Assembly: GCA_020137815.1 (NCBI GenBank)
Contig: CM035361.1
Coordinates: forward strand, 3,534,001-3,598,000
DNA from: Hormiphora californensis
Taxonomy: Eukaryota > Animalia > Ctenophora
DNA length: 64,000 nt
Reading direction: 5' to 3'
Shown: piece by piece, positions 26,267 to 39,100 of the stretch
Position numbering within the stretch: the stretch's first letter is position 1
Layout of the letters: every line of letters begins with the position of its first letter
Translations under genes and position numbers: made by a program
Notes under the pieces: model-generated
The model's database searches: none
What the model was told of the DNA's origin: nothing
What the model saw: the letters and a program-made list of their open reading frames with translations, nothing else

Positions 26267-29200
26267 CAATTTTTTCACACTGTGGTACATCACTTGACCA
26301 CGATCCATCCTCCTGACATGTCAGTGTTTTACTTCCCACTAGGATATGGGTGGTAGCACATTCGATAGTGGCAATTGTCCCTGTTGGTGAGGCAGTCCAG
26401 TTTCCTTGTGTTGAATCCTCAACAGTAAAAGCAGGACATTCGCCTGGTTCTGAAGGGAAATATTAATTGGTGAAATTTCATAACATATAATCTGCAAATG
26501 TTAACGAAAAAACAGTTATGGAGAGCATTGCATTGGACCCTCATTCTGCAGTTCGCAGTGGTATAAATTAAATTTAGACCTTAATTACCTGCTCTGTAGA
26601 AGTCAGATGCTTTGTCACCACTTTCAAACATGATCTCCTCCACATCATCACCACCCCACTTTGGAACACAGTAGCTATTTGAACTATCTGCGAACAGGTA
26701 GTTCAGCACCTCAACATTGTTACATGTGATGATGATGGTGGTCTCTGTTTTAGTGATAGTCCAGATCTTATCCACCTCCACTGGGGGTTGCACTGGGAGG
26801 TCTGTGTCGCTGGTGCTGCAGTAGGTTATATAATACTGCATTGGGGAGGAGAACATCACAACCACACCACCGGTATAGCCGCTGTCCTTATCGAACGTAA
26901 ACACTGCGATCTCCTCACCACTATCCAGTGCAGAGTCTGTCTTTATCTGTAGGGATGTTGCCTCCAGGTCCCAGGGTATCTTCACATCCCGCTCTACAGA
27001 TGTCCAGTCTGAGAGAATTTATTCAAGGAAGGGTTTTTGGGGTGTTTTTTGAGGTATAATACGTTGTATTATATGAAAGCGCTCAGCAAGGCGGATCGTT
27101 ATTAGAACAAACGTCATCGATACCCATAGTGGGTACCCATGATAGTGGGTACCGGACAGAAACTCGAATGGACGATAACTCGAACTCGAAAATTTCGGAC
27201 TATAACTCACTTTTGAAAATCTCGAATTTAGGTGAGTTATAGTCCGGATCTGGTGACTTTCTGTCCGCCCCGCTATTTAGGGTGAGTTAGAGTCCAGATG
27301 GACATTAACTTACCTCTCATGGGAACTTGAGAATTCGGCCGATAGGCCGGATACGAGAGTTCACTGGTTTATATACCCTGCTAACTTAAATAATGCGCCA
27401 GTGGCGAGAAGTCCCACTAGCGCGCTCTCAGTAAACAGCCAGTCCAGCGGCAGATTATTTCCCACTGGCAGGTTATTTATTTTTAACTCCTACGTAACAT
27501 TCAAAGTGTGTGTAAATGATTTGCCTGCGAAGCAGGCAAGCCCCGTAGGGCGAACATGGGGGGCGCGACGTGCCCAAGTAAATGATCAGTTTTTACTAAA
27601 ATACAGAGGGAACACGGCAATTTTGCATTTGCGGGCATCGCACTATAGACGCAGTACCCATCGTACTATAGACGCATTATAAACGCATTATAAACGCATT
27701 ATAGACGCATTATAGACACACGCAATATAGACGCATTTTCGTAAGCAGCACTATAGACGCAATATAGACGCATTATAACAGCAATATAAACGCATTTTTA
27801 TAAACGCGACGCAGTATAGCCGCATGATAGGCGCACTACCCACCCCAAAATCACCTTATAGACGCACTATAGACGCATTATAGACTGACTATAGCAGCAC
27901 CATAAACGCTACATAGACCCATATAGACGCATGATAGAAGCATTATAGACGCAAATCGCTTTTTATAGACGCCGCGTCTATAAAAAACGTGCTTTTTAAA
28001 GAAGCACTTTAGACGTACTCCAGGCTACAGTGCGATATTTGAGGCGCAGTTGGGCGTTTTATAAACGCATTTTTGTCGCATATAAAAGGAAGCAGTATAG
28101 ACGCATTATAGACGCATTATAGCCGCATGTGTGCGAAATCGATAAAGACGCAATATAGACGCAAAATAAAAAGGAGAGGGAGAGAGATGGAGGGAGGGAG
28201 GGAGAGGGAAGGAGAGGGAAAGAGAGGGAGGGACTGAGGGAGGGGTATAGGGACAGAAACAGACGGATAAAGACCTGAGACAGAAGGACAGAGTAAGATG
28301 GAAAGAGAGTAAGATGGAAAGATAGTGATATAGGGACGGAGTGAGACAGAAAAAGAGTGAGACAGAAAAAGACAGAGATGGAAACAAACGGACAGAGACA
28401 GACGGACGGACAAACACGCGCTTACTATCTCCCTCTCTGTCTCACTCTCTCTCCACTCTCCATCTTAATCTCTCTCCATCTTACTCTGTCCGTCTGTCTC
28501 AGATCTGTGTCCATCTGTCTCTGTCTGATCTGTCTCTGTATCCCTCCCTCTTTCCCTCTCCTTCCCTCTCCCTCCCTCCCTCCCTCCCTCTAGTCTCTCT
28601 CCCTCTCCTTCTTATTAATTGCGTCTTTATCGATTTCGCGCAGATGCGTCTATAATGCGTCTATAATGCGTCTATACTGCTTCCTTTTATATGCGACAAA
28701 AATGCGTTTATAGTTCGCCCAACTGCGCCTCAAATATGGCAGCGTGCGTCTGAGTACGTCTATAGTGCTTCTTAAGAAAGCACGTTTTTTATAGACGCGG
28801 CGTCTATAAAAAGCGATTTGCGTCTATAATGCTTCTATCATGCGTCTATATGGGTCTATGTAGCGTTTATGGTGCTGCTATAGTCAGTCTATAATGCGTC
28901 TATAGTGCGTCTATAAGGTGATTTTGGGGTGGGTAGTGCGCCTATAATGCGGCTATACTGCGTCGCGTCTATAAAAATGCGTTTATGTTGCTGTTATAAT
29001 GCGTCTATATTGCGTCTATAGTGCTGCTTACGAAATTGCGTCTATATTGCGTGTGTCTATAATGCGTCTATAATGCGTTTATAATGCGTTTATAATGCGT
29101 CTATAGTACGTGGGTACAGCGTCTATAGTGCGATGCCCACAAATGCAAAATTGCCGAGGGAACACTATGTGCAACACTTACACACTACGTTGGAGAGAAA

Positions 29201-31812
29201 GAAAGGACACATTCCGTCAATTACTCTCTCTTTATCTCCCCTTTTGTCTCACTATCTCTTTCTCTGTGTTATTTGTGACATGCCCCTTATCAGGCTATTT
29301 CTTTCACTCTCTTTCCTTAGGGGAAACTCTAACTGAATGGCATCCCATTAATGGGATCCCATCAGCAGTACAACTCTAACTGATAATGGACCACAGTGAT
29401 GGTTCTTTCTCTGTATTCTCTCTGTGTGCGCGCCCAATCAATCAATGCCCGGGCATGCCCAATGTACTGCTACAGAGAGAATACAGAGAAAGAACCATCA
29501 CTGTGGTTCATTATCAGTTAGAGTTGTACTGCTGATGGGATCCCATTAATGGGATGCCATTCAGTTAGAGTTTCCCCTAACTGTTACCAAACAGTGTACA
29601 CTCAATTGTGACGTGTTTTTAACTATTTCTCAGTTCTCTTTGTGTGTTTTGATTAGTGTTCTCTCTCTTGTTGGTGTGTAATACTTGAAACAACTAAAGC
29701 AGGGTATATAACCCATAAACTCTGACCACTGGCACGTTATAGGTTTAAACCCCTCCGCCTCTCCCTCGGCTACGCCTCAGGATCGTCGTCGTGATTTAAA
29801 CCAGTTTATCCGCCAGCGGCGGATAAACTCCAGCTAACTTCTCCCAGCGGCGCGCTGGGAGAAAGTTATCTGAAATAACGCGCCAGTGGCCAGAGTTTAT
29901 GCCTCATATATTCGTCTTAGTAGTGTTAGGGTTGTTGTTTGGGTTCGATGTTAGGGTTTTATTAGGGTTGGGTTGGGTTTTACGGAAAAATCCAGGTGAG
30001 TTTGAAATTCGACATTTTGTCCTAGCTTTCGACATTTTGTCCTAGCAAAAAGTCGAAAAAAATGCAGACGGAAAGTCACCAGAAAAAAAGAACTTGACGC
30101 CGATTTTCGGACAATAACTCACTTTCGAGTTACTGTCCAGGTGAGTTACAGTCCTAGCGCCCCCATAGTTACCAATTCACTATTCAGTTGCCATGGCAAC
30201 CGTGTTGTTGACGTTGAAAGCGGCGAAAAAAACCATCCGGCGAAGCCGGGTGGGTTATCAAATATCAAAAAGCCCCAATGGGTGCGTTAGCATGATGGTT
30301 GGGGTTGAGGAGAATTGACGACGCACGAGATGAGGGGATTGAAAACAAGTTTCGCTACAACATTAGCATCATCAGATCATCCCTCAAATTAATTTGTTTG
30401 AGGGATGATCTGATGATGCTAATGTTGTAGCGAAACTTGTTTTCAATCCCCTCATCTCGTGCGTCGTCAATTCTCCTCAACCCCAACCATCATGCTAGTG
30501 CTAGGCACTCTGAGTAGTATGCTAGTGCTTGACCACCGACCGGGGGGAGGCGACCGAGAGTAATATCAGTGTCCAGCCGACCAGGAGAGAAGCCCCTGCA
30601 ACCCCTTCATTCATTCAATGGGTGCGCTAGTATATATAATGTTTAATGGACAACGTCAGGACGTAATCTAAAGGAATGTCTTCAGATGTACGTCTGAAGA
30701 TCACATTCCTTTAGATTACGTCTGCACTGTATAATACAGATGTAATTTTCTGAAAGCTTTACATCCCGTTTTTTTCAGAAACAGCTCTCCTATCGTAGTT
30801 GTACGACAGATGCAGATTACCCTTCCAGGTTTATCAGACTGCGGTACGTAACAATTTACAAGATCTTTAAAAGACGTGAAAGACACGCGATTCCCAGCAA
30901 AGCCATTATAGCGAGAAAGAAGTTTATAAAAGTACGTGGAGCTGTGAATCAACTTACCAGTTTTATCACACTGTGGTACATCACTTGACCATGATCCATC
31001 ATCCTGACATGTCAATGTTGCATTTCCCACTAGGATATGGGTGGCAGCACATTCGATAGTGGCAGTTGTCCCTGTTGGTGAGGCAGTCCAGTTTCCTTGT
31101 GTTGATCCCTCAACAGTAAAGGCAGGACATTCAACTGGCTCTGAATGGAAATAGTAAATGTTGTGAGTTCATTGAAAAATGCAGGTTCATGATATCATGT
31201 CATGGAAAACTTGGATTGTCGTTCATTTCATTTAGTAGGGACGAATCTCTCACAAAAAGAAGTGGTTGACTCACTATTTGGTGAAAAGCAAATTCCGGTT
31301 GTAACCCACCTATTTTGACCCACTGAGGGCGGCGCCATACCCCATTTGATTCTCTCGACAGATATCAATTAAATTTAGACCCTAATTTATACCTGCTCTG
31401 TAGAAATCAGATGCTGTGTCAAGAGTGCTAAAACTGATCCCCTCCACAACATCTCCACCCAACTTTGGAACACAGTCGCTACGTGAACTATCTGCAAACT
31501 GGTAGTTCAGCACTTCCACATCGTTACATGTGATGATGATGGCGGTCTCTGTTTTGGTGATTGTCCAGATCTTATCTACCTCCACTGGGGGTTGTACTGG
31601 CAGGTCTATCGAGCTGCTGGTGCACCAGCCAATCTGATACTGCATCGGGGAGGAGAACGATACAGTCACACTACTGAAAATAGTGCTGTACTTGTCGTAC
31701 ATCCTCACCAAGATCTGCTCATCACTGCCCAGTGTAGAGTCTGTCTTTATCTGGAGAGGTTTTCCATCCAGGTCCCAGGGTATATTCACATTCCGCTCTA
31801 CAGCTTTCCAGT
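26267..31812 (-). CDS. Internal exons of an extracellular protein: alternating uncharacterised ~140-aa domain and sushi/CCP domain (two units)
   Basis: Symmetric phase-1 exons 31393-31812 and 26589-27008 (420 nt each; IPWDL..LQIKTDS..DLPVQPPVEVDKIWTITKTET..CN.VEVLNY.FADSS...ASDFYRA) and 30958-31140 and 26267-26449 (183 nt each; ECPAF...IEC..HILVG..TLTCQ.DGSWSSDVPQC). Start and stop exons not found. Confidence 0.85.
27616..29155. mobile_element. Foldback/Mutator-like non-autonomous element with modular TIRs
   Basis: ~550-bp inverted arms built of tatagacgca-type submotifs; GGCAATTTTGCATTTG termini; 10-bp TSD gagggaacac (27606-15, 29156-65). Confidence 0.85.
29320..29577. mobile_element. Short palindromic MITE (Harbinger-like termini)
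   Basis: GGGGAAACTCTAACTGAATGG...CCATTCAGTTAGAGTTTCCCC; flanks tta/taa (TSD imperfect). Confidence 0.7.
30291..30615 (+). mobile_element. Short retro-insertion with inverted-duplicated 5' part and hammerhead-like motif (PLE-like)
   Basis: ~100-bp inverted arms (30287-30388, 30397-30498); CTGATGA..GAAAC core at 30410-30436; (ATTC)n tail; flanking direct repeat caatgggtgcg(t/c)tag. Confidence 0.55.
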
Positions 31813-32025
31813 CTGAAACGCAATAAATATGCTTTAAGATATATATATATATATAGTCGGACCCCGATTTAGGGACACCCTCGGGGGAAAGGCTCTTGTC
31901 CACTAAATCGGGGTGTCCACTAAATCGGGGTCAAATAAGGTTAATTTCCTATATCGGGGGAAAAAAAATCATGTCCCTAAATTTCGGGGTGCCACTAAAT
32001 CGGGGGGCCCTAAATCGGGCCCCGA

Positions 32026-32100
<75 letters not shown>

Positions 32101-32125
32101 AATAAAACAAGGAAGTTTAGTTCAA

Positions 32126-32170
32126 CAGTTTACACATGTTTCAATACAAAATTGTATTTCATCAGAACTG
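32126..32170 (-). ncRNA. Antisense copy of the same hammerhead ribozyme
   Basis: Reverse complement of 33519-33563 within the left palindrome arm. Confidence 0.85.
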
Positions 32171-33518
32171 AATCACACTTGTCCCGTTCCAGGTTTCTTG
32201 CTTGCTCCTTCATAAAGCCATCCAATTAGAGATTGTATTTCTTGTGATGTCTGCAACTACCCATGATCTCGCTTCTCCGGTTTAGGAGTTGGTGGTTCCT
32301 GGACTCCATCAAAATCTCCATCTTCTCGGTAGTGCACAGGTCACAGAACCGATCCCCAATTCTGTACGGTCTTCCCTTTTTCCTCACTTTCCAAGTGATC
32401 CCGAATGTGATCCCCCTGTCCTTCAACTCCCACACCTTTTCAGACAGCCTTGTAGATGTTCTTTTTTCGGAGTTGTTGAATGTGTGCTTGTGCTGGCTGA
32501 ATCGGGTTTTAAATGAGTTCCCTGTTAACCCGATGTAGAGAAATTTCTGGTTGCAGCTGGTCTTCAGTTGAGCTTCGTATACCAATGATTCGGTGAGGCA
32601 CTTTCCATCCAATGGACAACTTCCCTTGTCCTTACAGTTGCATAATTTATCAGGCACATCTGTTGGTTTCGGGCCCCCATGTGTGAGTTTTTTGTTGTGG
32701 GCCTTTATCCTCGATTCCATGTTTTTCATGCAACTGTATGATACCTTGAGAGTGTTTTTGTTGAAGATCTGGCTGTAAATGTGTCCTGCTGGAAAGTGCC
32801 TTGCCACTAAACCAAGAAACTTTCGTCCCACCATTTTCTGTGGATGTTGAAACGGACCTGGGACGAAAGTTTCTTGGTTTAGTGGCAAGGCACTTTCCAG
32901 CAGGACACATTTACAGCCAGATCTTCAACAAAAACACTCTCAAGGTATCATACAGTTGCATGAAAAACATGGAATCGAGGATAAAGGCCCACAACAAAAA
33001 ACTCACACATGGGGGCCCGAAACCAACAGATGTGCCTGATAAATTATGCAACTGTAAGGACAAGGGAAGTTGTCCATTGGATGGAAAGTGCCTCACCGAA
33101 TCATTGGTATACGAAGCTCAACTGAAGACCAGCTGCAACCAGAAATTTCTCTACATCGGGTTAACAGGGAACTCATTTAAAACCCGATTCAGCCAGCACA
33201 AGCACACATTCAACAACTCCGAAAAAAGAACATCTACAAGGCTGTCTGAAAAGGTGTGGGAGTTGAAGGACAGGGGGATCACATTCGGGATCACTTGGAA
33301 AGTGAGGAAAAAGGGAAGACCGTACAGAATTGGGGATCGGTTCTGTGACCTGTGCACTACCGAGAAGATGGAGATTTTGATGGAGTCCAGGAACCACCAA
33401 CTCCTAAACCGGAGAAGCGAGATCATGGGTAGTTGCAGACATCACAAGAAATACAATCTCTAATTGGATGGCTTTATGAAGGAGCAAGCAAGAAACCTGG
33501 AACGGGACAAGTGTGATT

Positions 33519-33563
33519 CAGTTCTGATGAAATACAATTTTGTATTGAAACATGTGTAAACTG
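33519..33563 (+). ncRNA. Minimal type-I hammerhead ribozyme in the PLE 3' region
   Basis: cagtt-CTGATGA-aataca(attt)tgtatt-GAAA-catgt-GTA-aactg: stem I CAGTT/AACTG, 6-bp stem II, predicted cleavage after 33558. Confidence 0.85.
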
Positions 33564-33642
33564 TTGAACTAAACTTCCTTGTTTTTATTTGTAAACAGCT
33601 CCTCCTGGTGAGTAGAGCACTATCCGAGGCAAGGACAATCAG

Positions 33643-33705
<63 letters not shown>

Positions 33706-34955
33706 AGAGGAGAGAGAGTAGAGTGAGAGAGATCGCTCGCGCTCTGCGAGAGATGCTGCTCGTTCTGCTTCTCGCTTACGATACTCGCTATCGCCCGTCC
33801 GCGCTCTCCTGCTCCTCTCGACGCTCTCTCCCTCGCTTCCCGCTCTCTCCTCTCTCTTTCTCTCTCTCTCTTGCTCTTTTTTCCTCTCCGCTCTCGCTAA
33901 ACTCTAGACAGGCAGACTCTGTTCGTTCTTTTGTAGAAGACAAAACCATTAACTTTGGCAGCAACTAGATCTATAGCGATAGCCTGTTCTGGTACACACA
34001 CACACACAGACACACACACACACACTGCACAATTTTAGCTAACCACTGGCGATTTCCTGAAAACGTGCCAATGAAATGGTTTATGAAGGAGCAGCTCGTA
34101 ACTGTGTGCGCGGCTCTAGTTGCTACACCGTGGCGAAAAAGGTCCGTCTACTGGTTTACTTGTGTAAATTCACAATTCGAATTCTCACCCTGCTATATGC
34201 CTTTTTCAAAGCAAAAAAGCAGGGAAAAATGCAAAAAATACTGGGTTTTAATTCTTACGCAGATCTCTTTATTCAGAGAAGTTTTCAATAACAACCTGCA
34301 GTGAGAACAACTGTTCCAGTTCCACATAATGCAGCTGCGAAGAGAAAGAAACGTATCATGCTAACACACATATCACTTAGTAAAAGAGGTTGTTATATAG
34401 CACCTGTGCGTGTTACAGACAAAAACTAATTCAAATGTATTTGTTTTGCAAGCATTTAAATGAGTTTTTTTTAAAAACAAAGCGGATCTACCCTGAAGGG
34501 CTGGTAGTAGAAATCAAGATGCAAAGTGGATAAATTTAGCAGCTTGTGAAGTCACACAACAAATCATTTTAGAAGATAGGACTTCAACTGGTTTTCGATC
34601 TATTCATTTTAATTCCTATATAACTGTTATATGAATGGCAGGAATGTTCATTCATGAAAAATGAACTTTTGACATTTAAATTTAAAACAAAGCAATTAGT
34701 TAGGAAGGAATTAATCCAGCACACTCCCGTAGTTTGTTTTCACACAACTACCACCGTTTTTGCGTGACAGCTCGCCAACCGACCCGGAGAATATATGGGA
34801 CACCCTGTATGGCACATGTGGCGGATCCACATAGAACCACCAAAAAAGCTATATAATAGCTTCACCTATAAAAAGCAACAGCTTCCAGAATTGAACTGAA
34901 CCACTTTGAAGTAGTCTAGATTGATGTAGAGCTCAAAGAGGGCGTAGTGAATGCC

Positions 34956-35109
<154 letters not shown>

Positions 35110-35111
35110 AG

Positions 35112-35239
<128 letters not shown>

Positions 35240-35427
35240 GAAACACACGTTGACTCTGCTCGTTCTTTTATAGAAGACAAAACCATTAACTTTGGCAGCA
35301 ACTAGTTCTATAGCGATAGACTGTTCTGGTACACCCACACACTGCACAATTTTAACTAACCACTTAACTGGCGGGATTTGGGGCTGAGGTACTGTCAAGA
35401 TATACTATATCTGAGATCGCTATATGA

Positions 35428-35615
35428 GGGAAAACAGTCGTGCCTGAACCTCAGGTCCAGTGCACGACTATTTTCCACTGAGACCTCCGATTTCAGAGCT
35501 CAGTGACGGCTATTCCCTGAGATTTAGGGGAAATTTTCAGGAAATAGCCAAGAATAGCCCTAAGGTCTCAGGGGTAATTAGCCGTGACCTGAGGTTACAC
35601 GACTGGTTTACCCCA
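35428..35615. mobile_element. MITE family gggaaaacagtcgtgcctgaacctcagg (also ~49242-49310, 55420-55530, 56578-56768, 58881-59066, 59354-59520)
   Basis: Recurrent TIR GG(G)AAAACAGTCGTGCCTGAACCTCAGG with internal ctgagatctcag palindromes. Confidence 0.75.
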
Positions 35616-36191
35616 ATAAAACTGCACACAATTCAAGTTCATTGGGATATTGTATGTACAAGAAAAGGATCAATCGAACCTTAATAATGTTGAGTATACC
35701 GAGGTAGCCATGGTAACACATTTCTTTAAGGTATCCATGGTAACACATTTATTTCCTTTAGGTTGACCCGAATCGCAACTTTCTGCAAGTATAATAAATC
35801 CAGGCCTGTCTGGCGGCGCCAGACCTCCGACAGTGCGCTCAGATGCAGGGTCCGCGGCGCCATGGATAGATCCATCATGGAAGGGATATTAGATACAGTT
35901 TCAACTTTCAAGTCGTATAGCTTCGATATTTCAGTTTTCGATCACATGATGTGATTTAATATTCAAATTAACTATTACTACTAGCTCAGTTTAGGTCAAA
36001 ATACAACTTTAAAAGTCAAGAAGTACATAGTCATAGCTGAACTATAATAATATCACGGTTTAATTTGTGGCCCGATAAAATTCGAAAACCAACTATGTTG
36101 AGTTAACGATATTATAAACTATGATTTAGTAACTTATAAAGTCCTACTCAATACTCAATTAACACTTAATTAATACTCAATTAACAACTAA

Positions 36192-39100
36192 TTAGTTTTC
36201 ATCATCATCCTCGTCCGAAGACTCGTTTCTCTCCGTGATTTCCTTAGCATCACTATCATCAGTCTTAGAGTGGATTCTCCGCAGAATGACTAATGCCTCG
36301 TTCACTTTTTTAGTTAACTGTGTAGAGGATTAATTAGAAAGTTATGTAGTTAACTGTGTAGAGGATTAATTAGAAAGTTATTTAGTTAACTGTGTAGAGG
36401 ATTAATTAGAAAGTTATGTAGTTAACTGTGTAGAGGATTAATTAGAAAGTTATTTAGTTAACTAAGTAGAGGATTAATTAGGTAAATAGTTAACTGTGTA
36501 GAGGATTAATTAGAAAGTTATTTAGTTAACTAAGTGGAGGATTAATTAGAAAGTTATTTAGTTAACTGTGTAGAGGATTAATTAGAAAGTTATGTAGTTA
36601 ACTGTGTAGAGGATTAATTAGAAAGTTATGTAGTTAACTAAGTGGAGGATTGATTAGAAAGTTATGTAGTTAACTAAGTGGAGGATTAATTAGATAATTA
36701 GTTAATTGTATTATGGAGGATTAATTAGATAGTTAGATAACTGTATTATGGAGGATTAATTAGAAAGTTATTTAGTTAACTAAGTGGAGGGTTGATTAGA
36801 AAGTTATGTAGTTAACTAAGTGGAGGATTAATTATATAATTAGTTAATTGAATTATGGAGAATTAATTAGGTACATAATTAGATATTTGAAGTTTAAACG
36901 ATAACAATTCAACATCAAAATGTTAAACAATATTAAATTATAGTAATTGAAATAATAACTTACAGATGAAACTTGGACACGAAGTTTTTTGAACTTTTTC
37001 GCATCAACCCCAACCGCAGCGTCGCTATTCTCCCCAAAAGCCACCTCTTGTTTCAGCTCAATCCCGTTAAAGGGTAGAGCGTTGTGAGCAAACACCATTC
37101 TCCCTGTGTGATAGAGTATGACGTCAAGAAGTTTATATACAGTCGGACCCCGATTTACCGGGCCCCGATTTACCGGGAAGAAAAACTTCCCCCGAGATAG
37201 GAAAGTAACAGTATTTGACCCCGATATACCGGGTACCCCGATTTACCGGGCCGGGCAAAACCCTTTCCCCCGAGCATCCCGGTAAATCGGGGTCCGACTG
37301 TACTATCAGCTAGCAGCTACCTCGATTTACCAAATTCCCCCGAGGAATATAATTGCTTAATTAGTCAGGAAGGGTAGAATGTTTATTTTTGGTACTTATT
37401 TACCCAGTGAAACTGATCCGAGGACTTTGGATTTGTGGTTTGGGTAAAACGTCTTCTTCGCCAGGTGTATTTTATCAATAAAACTCTGGGTCAGCAGGTT
37501 CTCAACCTGACAGGGGGAGTGTTTAAAATAGGTTACTATGGGTTGTTAGAGGCTATTATATTGGCTACTAAGGGTAACTAAGGGTAACTATGGGTAACTA
37601 ATGGTAACTAAGGGTAACTAAGGGTAACTAAGGGTAACTAAGGGTAACTATAAGGGTAACTATAATAAGGGTAACTATAAGGGTAACTAAGGGTAACTAA
37701 GGGTTACCTGGAAGATAAGGTCTATCTTCATGATGGTTCTCTGAAGCTCAGCATCATCATACACAGCTTTGATATCGTCAACCGCCAAACCGACCTATAG
37801 TGGCATGGTTATCATGGTTACCGACAACTAAAGTATATCAATAACAATAACTGGGGGGGGGGGGCAAGAACCATCCCGGCCTAGTGGCATACTGGCATAT
37901 GGTTATTGACTATTGGAATTACGGCGGAACAAGGGGGTCAGTAAACTATTTTCTGACTTTTAATCACCCCGTATATATAAAGTGGAAATTTAGAAGGTGA
38001 CTGTAACATAAAGAGCCACTTCAGTAAAAGTCGTATGATTTCCCTCACTAGAACACGACGAAACACGCTAATTATCAACTTACCAGTAGGTTCATGAAAA
38101 CAATGGGGACAATGATCACAAAGACGATAAAAGTTATCACTGTAGATTCGGGGTAGTGTAGTTCTGAAAATAAAGTGGGGTAAATAGGGGTAACTATTAT
38201 AGGGGTAACTAGGGGTTATTAGGGGTAAATATAGGTAACTAGGGGTAACTAGGGGTAATTAGAGGGGTAACTCGGGGTAGTGTAGTTCTGAATATGAAGT
38301 GGGGTAACCAGAGGGGTAACTAGAATGGTAATTAGAGGAGTACCTAGAGGGGTAAGAGGGATAATTGGGGTAACAGGGGTAACATAGGGGTAATAGGGAC
38401 AAGTGGTAACTAGGGATAACAGCTAGGTAACTAGGGGTAACTAGGGGTAACTAGGGGTAACTAGGGGTAACTAGGGATAACAGAGGTAACTAGGGGTAAT
38501 AGGGACAAGAGGTAACTAGGGATAACTAGGGGTAACTAGGGGTAACTAGGGGTAACAAGAGGTTGCAATTATACCGGTTAGTGAGTAGAAGTAGGAATCA
38601 AATTCGAATTCCCCCGTCATCATAATGAACGTACGGAGTAGTGCCAACGGTTCATTTCTATACGCATCAAACTGAAATGATGAATCAATGAACGAATAAT
38701 AATTAATGATAATGAATGATAAATACTAGTTAATAATAATAATTAACGTGAACAGACCATCTTATAATCCCAACGAATTTTCTAATTAATTAATTTACAC
38801 ACTAATTAACTAATTACAGTCGGACCCCGATATACCGGGCCCCGATTTACCGGAACTAACGAAACCTTTCCCCCGAGGATCCCGGTAAATCGGGGTCCGA
38901 CTGTAGTATAATTACCTGAGACAAGACCATTGCGAATGTAAATCCGAATGCGGCAATAAACAGGATCAGTACTATCATGAGCTTCAAAAATGTTATCAGG
39001 ACCTCCACAAACATTACAATGTAAATACCAATCCCTGGAAACTGTGGAAAGTAATTGTAATTACAATAGTAATTAAAGAAAATTTGATAGTTTTATAATC

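Larger units (their letters stand above)
32098..33644 (+). mobile_element. 5'-truncated Penelope-like retroelement (Naiad-type GIY-YIG endonuclease) with inverted duplication, inserted in (TA)n
   Basis: ORF PPFS..GRKFL..HFP..CNC..CPLDGKC..VYEA..YIGLT..FKTR..H..CDLC..EK..LNRRSE..CRH. Near-identical inverted arms 32098-32830 and 32859-33592. (TA)n tracts on both sides. Confidence 0.92.

Noticed and set aside
32226-33463. Pair of stand-alone 220-aa nuclease genes
   Set aside because: Their N-termini (TTG start, MPLNQETFVP) come from reading through the palindrome junction; they are the C-terminal part of a truncated PLE ORF.
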